Positions 1 through 7,065 of a stretch of DNA of 41,155 nt are shown here, in pieces (within the stretch, counting starts at the first letter, position 1; each line of letters starts with the position of its first letter). The notes beneath the pieces are model-generated. The model was given only the letters and a program-made list of their open reading frames with translations. It searched no databases and was not told the origin of the DNA. The DNA is from Candidatus Komeilibacteria bacterium CG_4_10_14_0_8_um_filter_37_78 (GTDB lineage: Bacteria > Patescibacteriota > Patescibacteriia > UBA1558): NCBI GenBank assembly GCA_002785295.1, contig PFMC01000071.1, positions 1 through 41,155 of the forward strand. The letters run 5' to 3'. The position numbers were made by a program, and so were the translations under genes.

Positions 1-351
1 TTATATTGCTAAAATGACACTAGCCTTTTTGCCACTAATTTGGATACTAAACTATCACACTAGTTGACGGAGAGCCCTTTGCTTGACTCTGTACAATTAC
101 ATGATAATATGTACATACCGTCTATTGTTAATAGGAGTTAAAAACCACGAATTCACAATTGGATTGTACTGTTGGGTCAAGGTACGATTTGAGCGTGAGC
201 TGGATGATCCATCCTCCTAATAATGTCATGATAGACGCGTCGACACAGAGTGTTCGAACTAGTTGTCGGTAAAACGGTGATTCTAGCTTAAAATGGGACC
301 CCCTCTCGGCAGGAGCAATCCATGGTTTTGACTTCTGCCACAGGTTTAAAT

Positions 352-388
352 AACCCTGTACCACAATGGTACAGGGTTGTTCTTATTT
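352..388 (+). terminator. Rho-independent terminator-like hairpin
   Basis: Perfect 11-bp stem, aaccctgtacc (352-362) with ggtacagggtt (368-378), and a 5-nt loop. It is followed by the T-rich tail ttgttcttattt on the plus strand. This implies a plus-strand transcript ends here, although no plus-strand ORF of 60 aa or more lies upstream. Confidence 0.5.
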
Positions 389-394
389 ACAAAC

Positions 395-408
395 GTTCCA
401 CGTGGAAC
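395..408. repeat. 14-bp perfect palindrome GTTCCACGTGGAAC, copy 1
   Basis: Read directly. With flanks, 391-409 (aaacgttccacgtggaaca) is the exact reverse complement of 873-891. The two copies form 19-nt inverted repeats bracketing CDS 444..866. Confidence 0.8.
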
Positions 409-411
409 ATT

Positions 412-441
412 TCAACCCTCCTGGTTAACCCGGAGGGTTGA
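412..441 (-). repeat. GC-rich hairpin carrying the AACCCGGAGGGTTG motif
   Basis: Perfect 10-bp stem, tcaaccctcc (412-421) with ggagggttga (432-441). It lies immediately 3' of the stop of minus-strand CDS 444..866. The 14-mer at 427-440 recurs at 22307-22320 and 39125-39138, and with one change at 39143-39156. Confidence 0.7.
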
Positions 442-443
442 AT

Positions 444-866
444 TTAGAAGGAATATCTTAATATCTCGACAATTTTACGTTTATTATTGTACGTTGGATG
501 ATGAGTCCACACCCTTTTCTTGCGTGTACTATTGCTAATTGCCATGTTTTCATCAAAATAAAAGCCTAAATGCTGCTGTCCATCTTTAATGCTCCAAACC
601 AACACATCTCCTTTTTTTGGTTTCTGAACAGGGCGCCAATTACAACTCTTCATATCTTTTATTGTTGAGTTAATTGTTGCATGTGGTTTTTTTATCATAT
701 CAAACAAATAAAGTAATGATGACAAATAAACCGCACATGCCAATTCACCGCCTTTTGTTACATTGGTAGTCGCTTTTCCACTAGAAAAATATACATCCTT
801 AAACATTTCTGTGTTTAGAGAATTTATAATATAGGCTAAATAAGTCTTTTTTTTATTAATAATCAT
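444..866 (-). CDS. Hypothetical protein, possible NlpC/P60-like (papain-fold) cysteine peptidase
   Basis: 140-aa ORF. The Cys in GELACAVYLSS is followed by KKGDVLVW....QQHLGFYFDE. This resembles the NlpC/P60 Cys ... GD-hydrophobic ... H-x-G-I-Y arrangement. The assignment is from motif memory only. Confidence 0.4.
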   Translation of the reverse strand: MIINKKKTYLAYIINSLNTEMFKDVYFSSGKATTNVTKGGELACAVYLSSLLYLFDMIKKPHATINSTIKDMKSCNWRPVQKPKKGDVLVWSIKDGQQHLGFYFDENMAISNSTRKKRVWTHHPTYNNKRKIVEILRYSF

Positions 867-873
867 GATGTTT

Positions 874-887
874 GTTCCACGTGGAAC
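874..887. repeat. 14-bp perfect palindrome GTTCCACGTGGAAC, copy 2
   Basis: Read directly. It lies 7 nt upstream of the ATG of CDS 444..866 on the minus strand and is the inverted partner of 391-409. Confidence 0.8.
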
Positions 888-939
888 GTTTATTTTAATT
901 TAACGGTGCCAACCCAATCACGCCCTGCAGGACGAAAAT

Positions 940-1014
940 TGGTACTCTCGATAGGAATCGAACCTATATTTAGACGTTAGGAGTGTCTTGTTCTATCCAT
1001 TGAACTACGAGAGC
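940..1014 (-). tRNA. tRNA-Arg (anticodon CCU), CCA encoded
   Basis: The reverse complement folds by hand as a cloverleaf. Acceptor GCTCTCG/CGAGAGT (G1-U72 wobble). D arm GTTC-AATGGATA-GAAC. Anticodon arm AGACA-CTCCTAA-CGTCT (U33, CCT, A37; one A-C mismatch at 31-39). T arm ATAGG-TTCGATT-CCTAT. Discriminator A plus CCA. Total 75 nt. Confidence 0.85.
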
Positions 1015-1301
1015 TCTCATTTTTAACAATGCTGGCTCATTTATGCCTAATATTAGCTAGATTAATGCGTCGTAAAACTATATTGTTATTAAATTCTGGA
1101 TAAACTCTGTATTACTATTAACAATTGTTAGGACAATGAATATAACTATAGCCGCTGTAAACAAAAAAAGGACTAGCCTCAGATCTTTTTTGTGTTGTTC
1201 TTCTCCCATATTATTCTTTAAGTTTAATTAATTCGTTTTATATACTATAATATATTCGCTTGCATTTGTCTAAGTATTTTTTATTAATAATCAATTACTT
1301 T

Positions 1302-1694
1302 ATGTTTAAAGAAGAAAACCCAGCCAAAGATATTAAAACGGCTGATACAGTCATTGGGGCATCAGTTAAGGTTGAAGGCGATTTTAATAGTGACCACGAC
1401 ATCATTATTGAGGGCAGTGTTAGTGGTAATGTCAAAACTAAGAACAATTTAAAAATTGGTAAGAACTCAAAAGTGAAAGCTGAGATCTCTGCCAAAAATG
1501 CATTTATTGCTGGTACAGTTACTGGCAATGTCGTTGTTCAAGACAAACTACACGTCACTAGTGATGCTGAGATTAAGGGCAATATTACTGCTAGCTTGAT
1601 TATGGTTGAATTGGGTGCCAAGCTAAACGGTCAATGCAGAATCACACCAACACCAGAAGCTCTAAACAACAACTCCCTTCCTAAAAAAGAATAA
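1302..1694 (+). CDS. Bactofilin (polymer-forming cytoskeletal protein)
   Basis: Shows the repetitive beta-helix pattern typical of bactofilin/DUF583, for example TVIGASVKVEGDFNSDHDIIIEGSVSGNVKTKNNLKIGKNSKVKAEISAKNAFIAGTVTGNVV. I prefer the ATG at 1302 over the TTG at 1260 used by the ORF track. Confidence 0.8.
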   Translation: MFKEENPAKDIKTADTVIGASVKVEGDFNSDHDIIIEGSVSGNVKTKNNLKIGKNSKVKAEISAKNAFIAGTVTGNVVVQDKLHVTSDAEIKGNITASLIMVELGAKLNGQCRITPTPEALNNNSLPKKE

Positions 1695-1725
1695 ACTATT
1701 AAACTTAAGCCTCATCTTTATTGCA

Positions 1726-2472
1726 ATGAGTTATTTATATATCTACGACAATTTTTTAAGTGCAAAAAAATACCAAAGCTCTCTTTATAAAATCGAGAAC
1801 CGTTTGGTTGATCTTGGTATTAAAGGTAAAGTGGTTAGATTAAATGTTTTAAAGAATATGAATGAGGTTGTTGAGGATGGCATCAAGGCTGACATCACAA
1901 CAGTTGTGGTAATAGGGGATGATCTTAGTTTTTCAAAAATTATAAATATTATTGCTAAAAAAGATTTGGTCTTGGGTATTATACCCGTTAATAATAAATC
2001 AAAGTTTGCTAAAATATTAGGCGTTCCTCCGGCGCATCAAGCTTGTGAAATTTTGGCTCAGAGGATTATCAAAGAAGTTGATCTTGGTATGGTCGGACAC
2101 TATTATTTTATTGACTCAGCAACCATCACCAATGAAGAGACTACGGTTAAGTTTGGTAGCTACAATGCTTCACCCAGCTCCAAACAAAACATTGTCTCTT
2201 TTAACAATCTAAATGTACTTAGCGAATTAAATATTGATAATAAATTTAATCCTACTGACGGGCAACTTGAATTAGTAATCCAAAACACTGATGTGCTTTT
2301 AACCAAAAACAAAAGCACAACCATTTTGCCTTTCACCAAAGTCAGTGTTGAGTGTCAACAACCAGGCGCTTTTATTGTGATCGATCAGATCACCAAGCTG
2401 AAGCCACCAACTACTGTGCAGATCGCCCCTAATAAATTAAAGGTTATTGTTGGCGCTCAAAGAATGTTTTAA
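1726..2472 (+). CDS. Diacylglycerol/lipid kinase catalytic-domain-like protein (YegS/BmrU-like) with a degenerate GGDGT motif
   Basis: 248 aa. The layout VVVIGDDLSFSKIINII....LGIIPVNNKSKFAKILGVP mirrors the DAGK_cat pattern (GGDGT ... lGiiPlGtgNdfAr.lgip). The glycine-rich motif is not conserved. Confidence 0.5.
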   Translation: MSYLYIYDNFLSAKKYQSSLYKIENRLVDLGIKGKVVRLNVLKNMNEVVEDGIKADITTVVVIGDDLSFSKIINIIAKKDLVLGIIPVNNKSKFAKILGVPPAHQACEILAQRIIKEVDLGMVGHYYFIDSATITNEETTVKFGSYNASPSSKQNIVSFNNLNVLSELNIDNKFNPTDGQLELVIQNTDVLLTKNKSTTILPFTKVSVECQQPGAFIVIDQITKLKPPTTVQIAPNKLKVIVGAQRMF

Positions 2473-2486
2473 TTTTGCTTGTATAC

Positions 2487-2515
2487 AAAAAGAGCCGTCA
2501 ATAGGCTCTTTTTTT
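2487..2515. terminator. Bidirectional terminator between convergent genes
   Basis: aaaaAGAGCCgtcaataGGCTCTttttttt: a 6-bp GC-rich stem flanked by an A-run and a T-run. Confidence 0.6.
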
Positions 2516-2530
2516 AATATTAATGTTATC

Positions 2531-3262
2531 TTAATTTACAACTTCTACTTCTAGCTTCTTTTTGTTAAATAAAAAATACTGCTGTAAAATCGTCAACACC
2601 ATAGAAATCAACCAGTATAAGATCAGGCCGCTAGGCAAAGACATGCCAATAAAAACAGTAAAGACGGGCATCACATAGAGCATTTGCTTACTCATTGCAC
2701 CAGCTATATCTCCGGTTTTAGTTGGTTTGTTTTCTGCACCCTTAATATTCATAATCATCTTCGCTTGAACATATTGACTAATACCAGTGACTACGGCCAA
2801 AATCACATTTGGTTGTGATAAATCCATCACGCCGAGAAACACCGAGTTGATTGTTTCTGGCTGACTAACAAAGGGATATAAATATTCAAAACTGAGTCCT
2901 GCCAATCCATTTCTAAAAACCTGATACAGAGCGATCAAAATTGGTAGTTGTATTAAAAGTGGCAAACAAGAAGACATAGGATTGATCTTTTCTTGTTTAT
3001 ATAGCTCCATTGACGCCTTACCAAATGCTTCTTTGTCACCCTTGTGTTTTTCCTTTAACTCATCTAGTTTTGGTTTTATTTCTTGTAATCTTTTTTGGGA
3101 TTCGATCGAGCTTTTAGATAAAGGGAATAGCAACAACCTCACCAAAATTGTAATTAATATAATCGCCCAACCTATATCTTTAATAGGAACAACATTATAA
3201 AAAAAGATCAAAATATTAAATAATGGTTGAAATAATATTGTGTGATAAAATGATAATAACAT
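2531..3262 (-). CDS. yidC: Membrane protein insertase YidC/Oxa1 family (short form)
   Basis: 243-aa multi-pass protein in the conserved rpmH-rnpA-yidD-yidC order. Has the characteristic amphipathic KRLQEIKPKLDELKEKHKGDKE coiled region between TM helices. Confidence 0.9.
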   Translation of the reverse strand: MLLSFYHTILFQPLFNILIFFYNVVPIKDIGWAIILITILVRLLLFPLSKSSIESQKRLQEIKPKLDELKEKHKGDKEAFGKASMELYKQEKINPMSSCLPLLIQLPILIALYQVFRNGLAGLSFEYLYPFVSQPETINSVFLGVMDLSQPNVILAVVTGISQYVQAKMIMNIKGAENKPTKTGDIAGAMSKQMLYVMPVFTVFIGMSLPSGLILYWLISMVLTILQQYFLFNKKKLEVEVVN

Positions 3263-3507
3263 TAGTTTATTGGGTCATAACCACCCTTGGAAAGGGGATG
3301 ACACTTTAATAATCTTTTAACTCCCGCCCCAACTCCTTTAATCACACCGTGCTTGTTTACTGCTTGGTAGCAATATTCTGAGCAGGTGGGATAATAACGA
3401 CAGGCACCAAAAGGATAAAACACTTTCAATACTCCTGTATCTGGCGATATAGTTTTTTGATATATTTTAATAATTAATAAGATGGTTTGTTTTAGAAGAT
3501 TAAACAT
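3262..3507 (-). CDS. yidD: Membrane protein insertion efficiency factor YidD
   Basis: 81 aa with the signature ISP....[10 protein letters not shown]....HG..KG......R.LKCHP...GGYDP. Confidence 0.9.
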   Translation of the reverse strand: MFNLLKQTILLIIKIYQKTISPDTGVLKVFYPFGACRYYPTCSEYCYQAVNKHGVIKGVGAGVKRLLKCHPLSKGGYDPIN

Positions 3508-3832
3508 TTAAGATTTTACTTTTTAATAAAATTTTTCGGATCTCCTCTCTTTGTTGTTGTGGTTCAATATTATAAACTTGTTTCTTGACGCTTATCACAA
3601 AATCACAAATCCTTATCTTTTCCTGATTGCCATTAATAATAGCCCGAATCCGTCTCTTTATTTTATTTCTCTGAACAGCTAATTTGTGAGCTTTTTTAGA
3701 AATAATAATGGTATATCTATACGTTTTTTCGTTATTATTAGCCATTTTCACCGTAAAATATGGGAAAAAAAGGGGCCTTTGTTTTAAAACCCTTAAAATA
3801 TCCTTATCTTGTGATAAACTATTTTTCATCAC
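3500..3832 (-). CDS. rnpA: Ribonuclease P protein component
   Basis: 110-aa basic protein with [16 protein letters not shown]. Its position between rpmH and yidD is conserved, and its start overlaps the rpmH stop. Confidence 0.85.
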   Translation of the reverse strand: MMKNSLSQDKDILRVLKQRPLFFPYFTVKMANNNEKTYRYTIIISKKAHKLAVQRNKIKRRIRAIINGNQEKIRICDFVISVKKQVYNIEPQQQREEIRKILLKSKILNV

Positions 3833-3968
3833 TTGCTGTCAGCTTAGCTCTTCTTTTGGTGCGACGACGTTTTAAAACCCTTCTGCCAGTGGCCGAGGCT
3901 TGTCGCGCCATAAAGCCAAACTTCTTAGCTCGTTTTGTAGACTTTGGTTGATATGTTCTTTTTGGCAT
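3819..3968 (-). CDS. rpmH: 50S ribosomal protein L34
   Basis: Not in the ORF track because it is under 60 aa. Hand translation gives [49 protein letters not shown], matching the L34 pattern (KRT.QP....R....GF..R....GR.VL..RR.KGR..L). Confidence 0.9.
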   Translation of the reverse strand: MPKRTYQPKSTKRAKKFGFMARQASATGRRVLKRRRTKRRAKLTASDEK

Positions 3969-4174
3969 TGTAATAAATAATTATTAATGGTGTTAGTTTA
4001 CCAATAAACTTCTTTTTTGTAAAGCCTTGCGACGCCCCAACTACTTATTAACTTTTTGTTAACATATTATAAACATATTATACTCTTTTGACTGGTTTTT
4101 AATTCTATGGCTATGTGTTAAAATTAACAAGCACTATTTTAAACACTTAAATTATTAAGTAAACAAATACAAAA

Positions 4175-5548
4175 ATGTTAGAATCTCAACTATGGGAAAC
4201 CGTCCTTGGGGAATTAGAACTAAATATTTCTAAAGCTAATTTTACTACTTGGTTTAAAAATACTTTTATTGTTTCTGTAGATAACAACTCTATTGTCTTG
4301 GGCGTTCCTAATGCTTTTACTAAAGCTTGGTTGGAAAATAAATATCATAAGCATATTTTGGAAGCCTTAAACAAAACAAGCCAAGGCGAGATCACTAACC
4401 TAGTCTACAAAGTCACCACCCCCAAAGAGAAAGATATTAGTAGTGAGAACCTTATTCGTGCTGCTGCTCAAATTTCTGAACCTCAGGTTGAAATAAGGCC
4501 AGACGAGCCAGCAACAAATAAGTTTAACCTTAATCCTAAATATACTTTTGAAACCTTTATTGTTGGCCGGGGAAGTGACCTAGCTACTGCCGCAGCTAAA
4601 GCTGTTGTTGACAAGCCTGGTTCAGTTTATAATCCTTTATTCCTTTATGGTGGTGTTGGTCTTGGAAAAACTCATTTATTACAAGCCGTTGGTAATGCTA
4701 TTTTAAAAAATGATCCTAAGGCAAATATTGTTTATCTGAATAGTGAAAAATTTGTTAACGACTTTATAAACTCTATTAAAAGGGGCACAACCAATGAACT
4801 AAAAAAACACTACCGCAATGTAGATGTTCTCCTAATAGACGATATTCAGTTTATCGCTGGTAAAGAACAAACACAAGAAGAGTTCTTTCACACCTTTAAT
4901 GAACTGCATCAGAAGAATAAACAAATCGTTTTAACTTCTGATCGACCGCCCAAAGCCATTGCTGAGGTTGAGGCACGATTGATTTCTCGCTTTGAGTGGG
5001 GGATGATTGCCGACATCTCTGCTCCTGACTTAGAAACTAGATATGCTATTTTAGAGGCAAAATGTGCCGAAAAAGGCTTTGTTTTAGACTCTGACATTCT
5101 CTCTTATGTTGCTGAAAATATTCAAAACAATGTTCGTGAGCTTGAAGGTGCTTTAAACAGGCTGATCGCCCATCATGATTTAAATCAAGCCACACTAAAC
5201 CTGGAAACTGTGAAAAGCATTCTTGGCTCACTTTCTTTAAGCGTAAAAAAGAGCGGCCTCACACCCAAGAAGATTATTACCAAGGTTGCCTCTTATTATG
5301 ATATTAGTATTGATGATTTGGTAGGAAGTTGTCGCCGCAAAGAGTTGGTCTTTCCTAGACAGATTGTGATGTGGATTATGCGAGAAGAATTAAAAAGCTC
5401 TTACCCCTCTATTGGACAAGAGTTGGGCGGCCGAGACCATACCACAGCCATTCACTCCTGCAACAAAATCTCTACCGAACTTTCTTCTGGTAATAATAAA
5501 ATTAAAAGTGATATAGATTTAATCCGCCAACAACTATACGCCTCGTAA
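4175..5548 (+). CDS. dnaA: Chromosomal replication initiator protein DnaA
   Basis: 457 aa. Contains Walker A GGVGLGKTHLL, LLIDDIQF, sensor and box VII regions, and the C-terminal DNA-binding domain (GGRDHTTAIHSCNKI). Confidence 0.97.
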   Translation: MLESQLWETVLGELELNISKANFTTWFKNTFIVSVDNNSIVLGVPNAFTKAWLENKYHKHILEALNKTSQGEITNLVYKVTTPKEKDISSENLIRAAAQISEPQVEIRPDEPATNKFNLNPKYTFETFIVGRGSDLATAAAKAVVDKPGSVYNPLFLYGGVGLGKTHLLQAVGNAILKNDPKANIVYLNSEKFVNDFINSIKRGTTNELKKHYRNVDVLLIDDIQFIAGKEQTQEEFFHTFNELHQKNKQIVLTSDRPPKAIAEVEARLISRFEWGMIADISAPDLETRYAILEAKCAEKGFVLDSDILSYVAENIQNNVRELEGALNRLIAHHDLNQATLNLETVKSILGSLSLSVKKSGLTPKKIITKVASYYDISIDDLVGSCRRKELVFPRQIVMWIMREELKSSYPSIGQELGGRDHTTAIHSCNKISTELSSGNNKIKSDIDLIRQQLYAS

Positions 5549-5795
5549 TAAATTGTGGATAGCGCTGTTAACACTTGTTATAAAAAATCTTTTCATAGTT
5601 AATAAGTTTGTTCTTTTCAACAGTTATAAAAAGGTAAAAAAAGTTATTAAGTTTTCACTCCAGCTCTTATACAAATATTATGAACAAGGGGGAAGTAAAA
5701 AAAACTATATTCAGCCATAGCTTTTAACACTTATTAAGATATTAACACCCCTCTATTACTATAATTAATAAATAAATATTAACTAACTAATAGTA
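5549..5795. other. Candidate oriC / DnaA-responsive spacer (dnaA-dnaN intergenic)
   Basis: 247-bp very AT-rich non-coding spacer. It has one near-consensus DnaA box, TGTGGATAG (5554-5562, one mismatch to TGTGGATAA). It also has three copies of the heptamer TTAACAC (5568-5574, 5724-5730, 5742-5748). No experimental support. Confidence 0.35.
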
Positions 5796-6896
5796 ATGAA
5801 ATTAGTGTGCACACAGGAGAATTTAAATAATGGTTTAAATATTGTAAACCACCTTGCTTCACGTAATGCAAACTTACCTATTTTAAATAATGTTTTAATT
5901 AGCGCACTGAATGGCGTAATAACTCTAGCCACAACAAACCTAGAAATTGGCGTTAAGACACAGATCAGGGGGAAGATTGAAGAGGAAGGCCAATATACTG
6001 TGCCAGCAAAACTTCTGAGTGATTATATTTCTTTATTACCACACGATAATATAAGCCTAGAATTAGAAGATGAGGCCCTACACATTAGCTGTAAAAACTC
6101 ACAAACACAAATTCGTGGCGCCTCAGCAGACGACTATCCACTTATTCCAGAGGTGTTAGAAGAAGATTTAATAATGATTAATTTAGAAAGCTTAAAAGAA
6201 TTATTAAATCAGACATTGTTTACGGTTAGTGTTGACGAGAGTCGGCCAGAAATTAGTGGCGTTCTTTTTAACTTTAGTGCTAGTAAACTAATTGTTGGCG
6301 CTACAGACAGCTATCGTTTAGCAGAGAAGCGGGTACAGTTAAAATGTGGAGCCGAAAAGAAGGTTATTATCCCACTAAAAACTCTACAGGAACTAAACAG
6401 AATTTTAGGTTCAGTTACAGAAAAGGAAGTAAATATAAATTTAAATGAGAATCAAATATTGTTTAATTGTGATGGTATTAAATTAATATCACGATTAATA
6501 GAGGGTAATTACCCAGATTATGAACAAATTATCCCCACAGAGCATAAAACCATAACTACAGTTGAAAGTAATAACTTAATTAAGGCAATCAAAAGCGCGG
6601 CTTTGTTCTGTAAACCAGGGATAAATGATATAAAAATGACCTTCTTACCTGATAAAAACGAGATTGTGATTATGTCTACTAATAGTGGTTTAGGTGAGAA
6701 TGTTACCACCTTAGCAGGAGAAGTTGAGGGCGAAGAGGTGGAAATAGTCTTTAATTATCGCTATTTACTTGATGGATTGAATAGTTTACAATCAGAGAAA
6801 GTGGTGATTAAGCTGAATAATCAAGGCGCGCCAGGGATATTCATTCCGGAAAACGAAGAAGACTATTTATACGTAGTAATGCCAATCAGGCAATAA
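5796..6896 (+). CDS. dnaN: DNA polymerase III beta sliding clamp
   Basis: 366 aa, immediately downstream of dnaA, with typical three-domain beta-clamp length and motifs (ATDSYRLAEK, MPIR C-terminus). Confidence 0.95.
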   Translation: MKLVCTQENLNNGLNIVNHLASRNANLPILNNVLISALNGVITLATTNLEIGVKTQIRGKIEEEGQYTVPAKLLSDYISLLPHDNISLELEDEALHISCKNSQTQIRGASADDYPLIPEVLEEDLIMINLESLKELLNQTLFTVSVDESRPEISGVLFNFSASKLIVGATDSYRLAEKRVQLKCGAEKKVIIPLKTLQELNRILGSVTEKEVNINLNENQILFNCDGIKLISRLIEGNYPDYEQIIPTEHKTITTVESNNLIKAIKSAALFCKPGINDIKMTFLPDKNEIVIMSTNSGLGENVTTLAGEVEGEEVEIVFNYRYLLDGLNSLQSEKVVIKLNNQGAPGIFIPENEEDYLYVVMPIRQ

Positions 6897-6989
6897 TTTT
6901 ACTTATTGGGGGTTGTAGGGTGTCTGTGTTTACACAAATACTCAACACTACCTTTTAAGATATAGTTCTCAGGCATGGGGGCTAACCAC

Positions 6990-7018
6990 AAAACCGTTAA
7001 GTTTACTTAACGGTTTTT
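6990..7018 (+). terminator. dnaN terminator
   Basis: Stem accgttaag/cttaacggt with loop ttta, followed by ttttt. Confidence 0.65.
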
Positions 7019-7023
7019 GGTAT

Positions 7024-7063
7024 AAAAATATTGTAGCGCCGTATAGCAATGCGGCGCCACAAT
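7024..7063 (-). terminator. PBP1A gene terminator
   Basis: On the minus strand, attgtggcgccg ... cggcgctacaat forms a 12-bp stem with one G-U pair, followed by attttta. It lies directly after the stop at 7066. Confidence 0.6.
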
Positions 7064-7065
7064 AT

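Noticed and set aside
128-364. 78-aa minus-strand ORF in the first 400 nt
   Set aside because: The product has no recognisable features and no convincing start context. The ORF lies in a locally GC-richer stretch where long spurious frames are expected, and it overlaps a plus-strand terminator. Treated as non-coding.
1078-1209. Hand-found 43-aa minus-strand ORF (MGEEQHKKDLRLVLFLFTAAIVIFIVLTIVNSNTEFIQNLITI) with one TM helix, just upstream of tRNA-Arg
   Set aside because: It could be a small membrane protein, but it is short and AT-rich. No RBS, promoter or conservation evidence is available from the sequence alone, so it is not reported as a feature.
1295-1528. Antisense or shadow ORFs from the six-frame track. 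Examples: 1295..1528-, 2982..3200+, 3760..3951+, 4909..5231-, 6518..6709-, 6969..7175-, 7591..8940 (both strands), 10930..11214-, 12287..12712+, 15094..15324-, 15685..16000+, 16793..16990+, 17391..17621+, 18305..18493+, 18766..19041+, 19200..19608 (both strands), 20534..21037+, 22550..23257 (both strands), 23900..24360 (both strands), 27012..27197+, 28000..28860+, 29353..30069+, 31041..31268+, 31360..34503+, 34766..35137-, 36315..37346+, 39363..39566+
   Set aside because: Each lies inside, mostly antisense to, a much longer ORF with a clear family assignment. A few are same-strand alternative frames, and a few extend past the annotated gene into flanking sequence. Their products are low-complexity mirror translations with no motifs.
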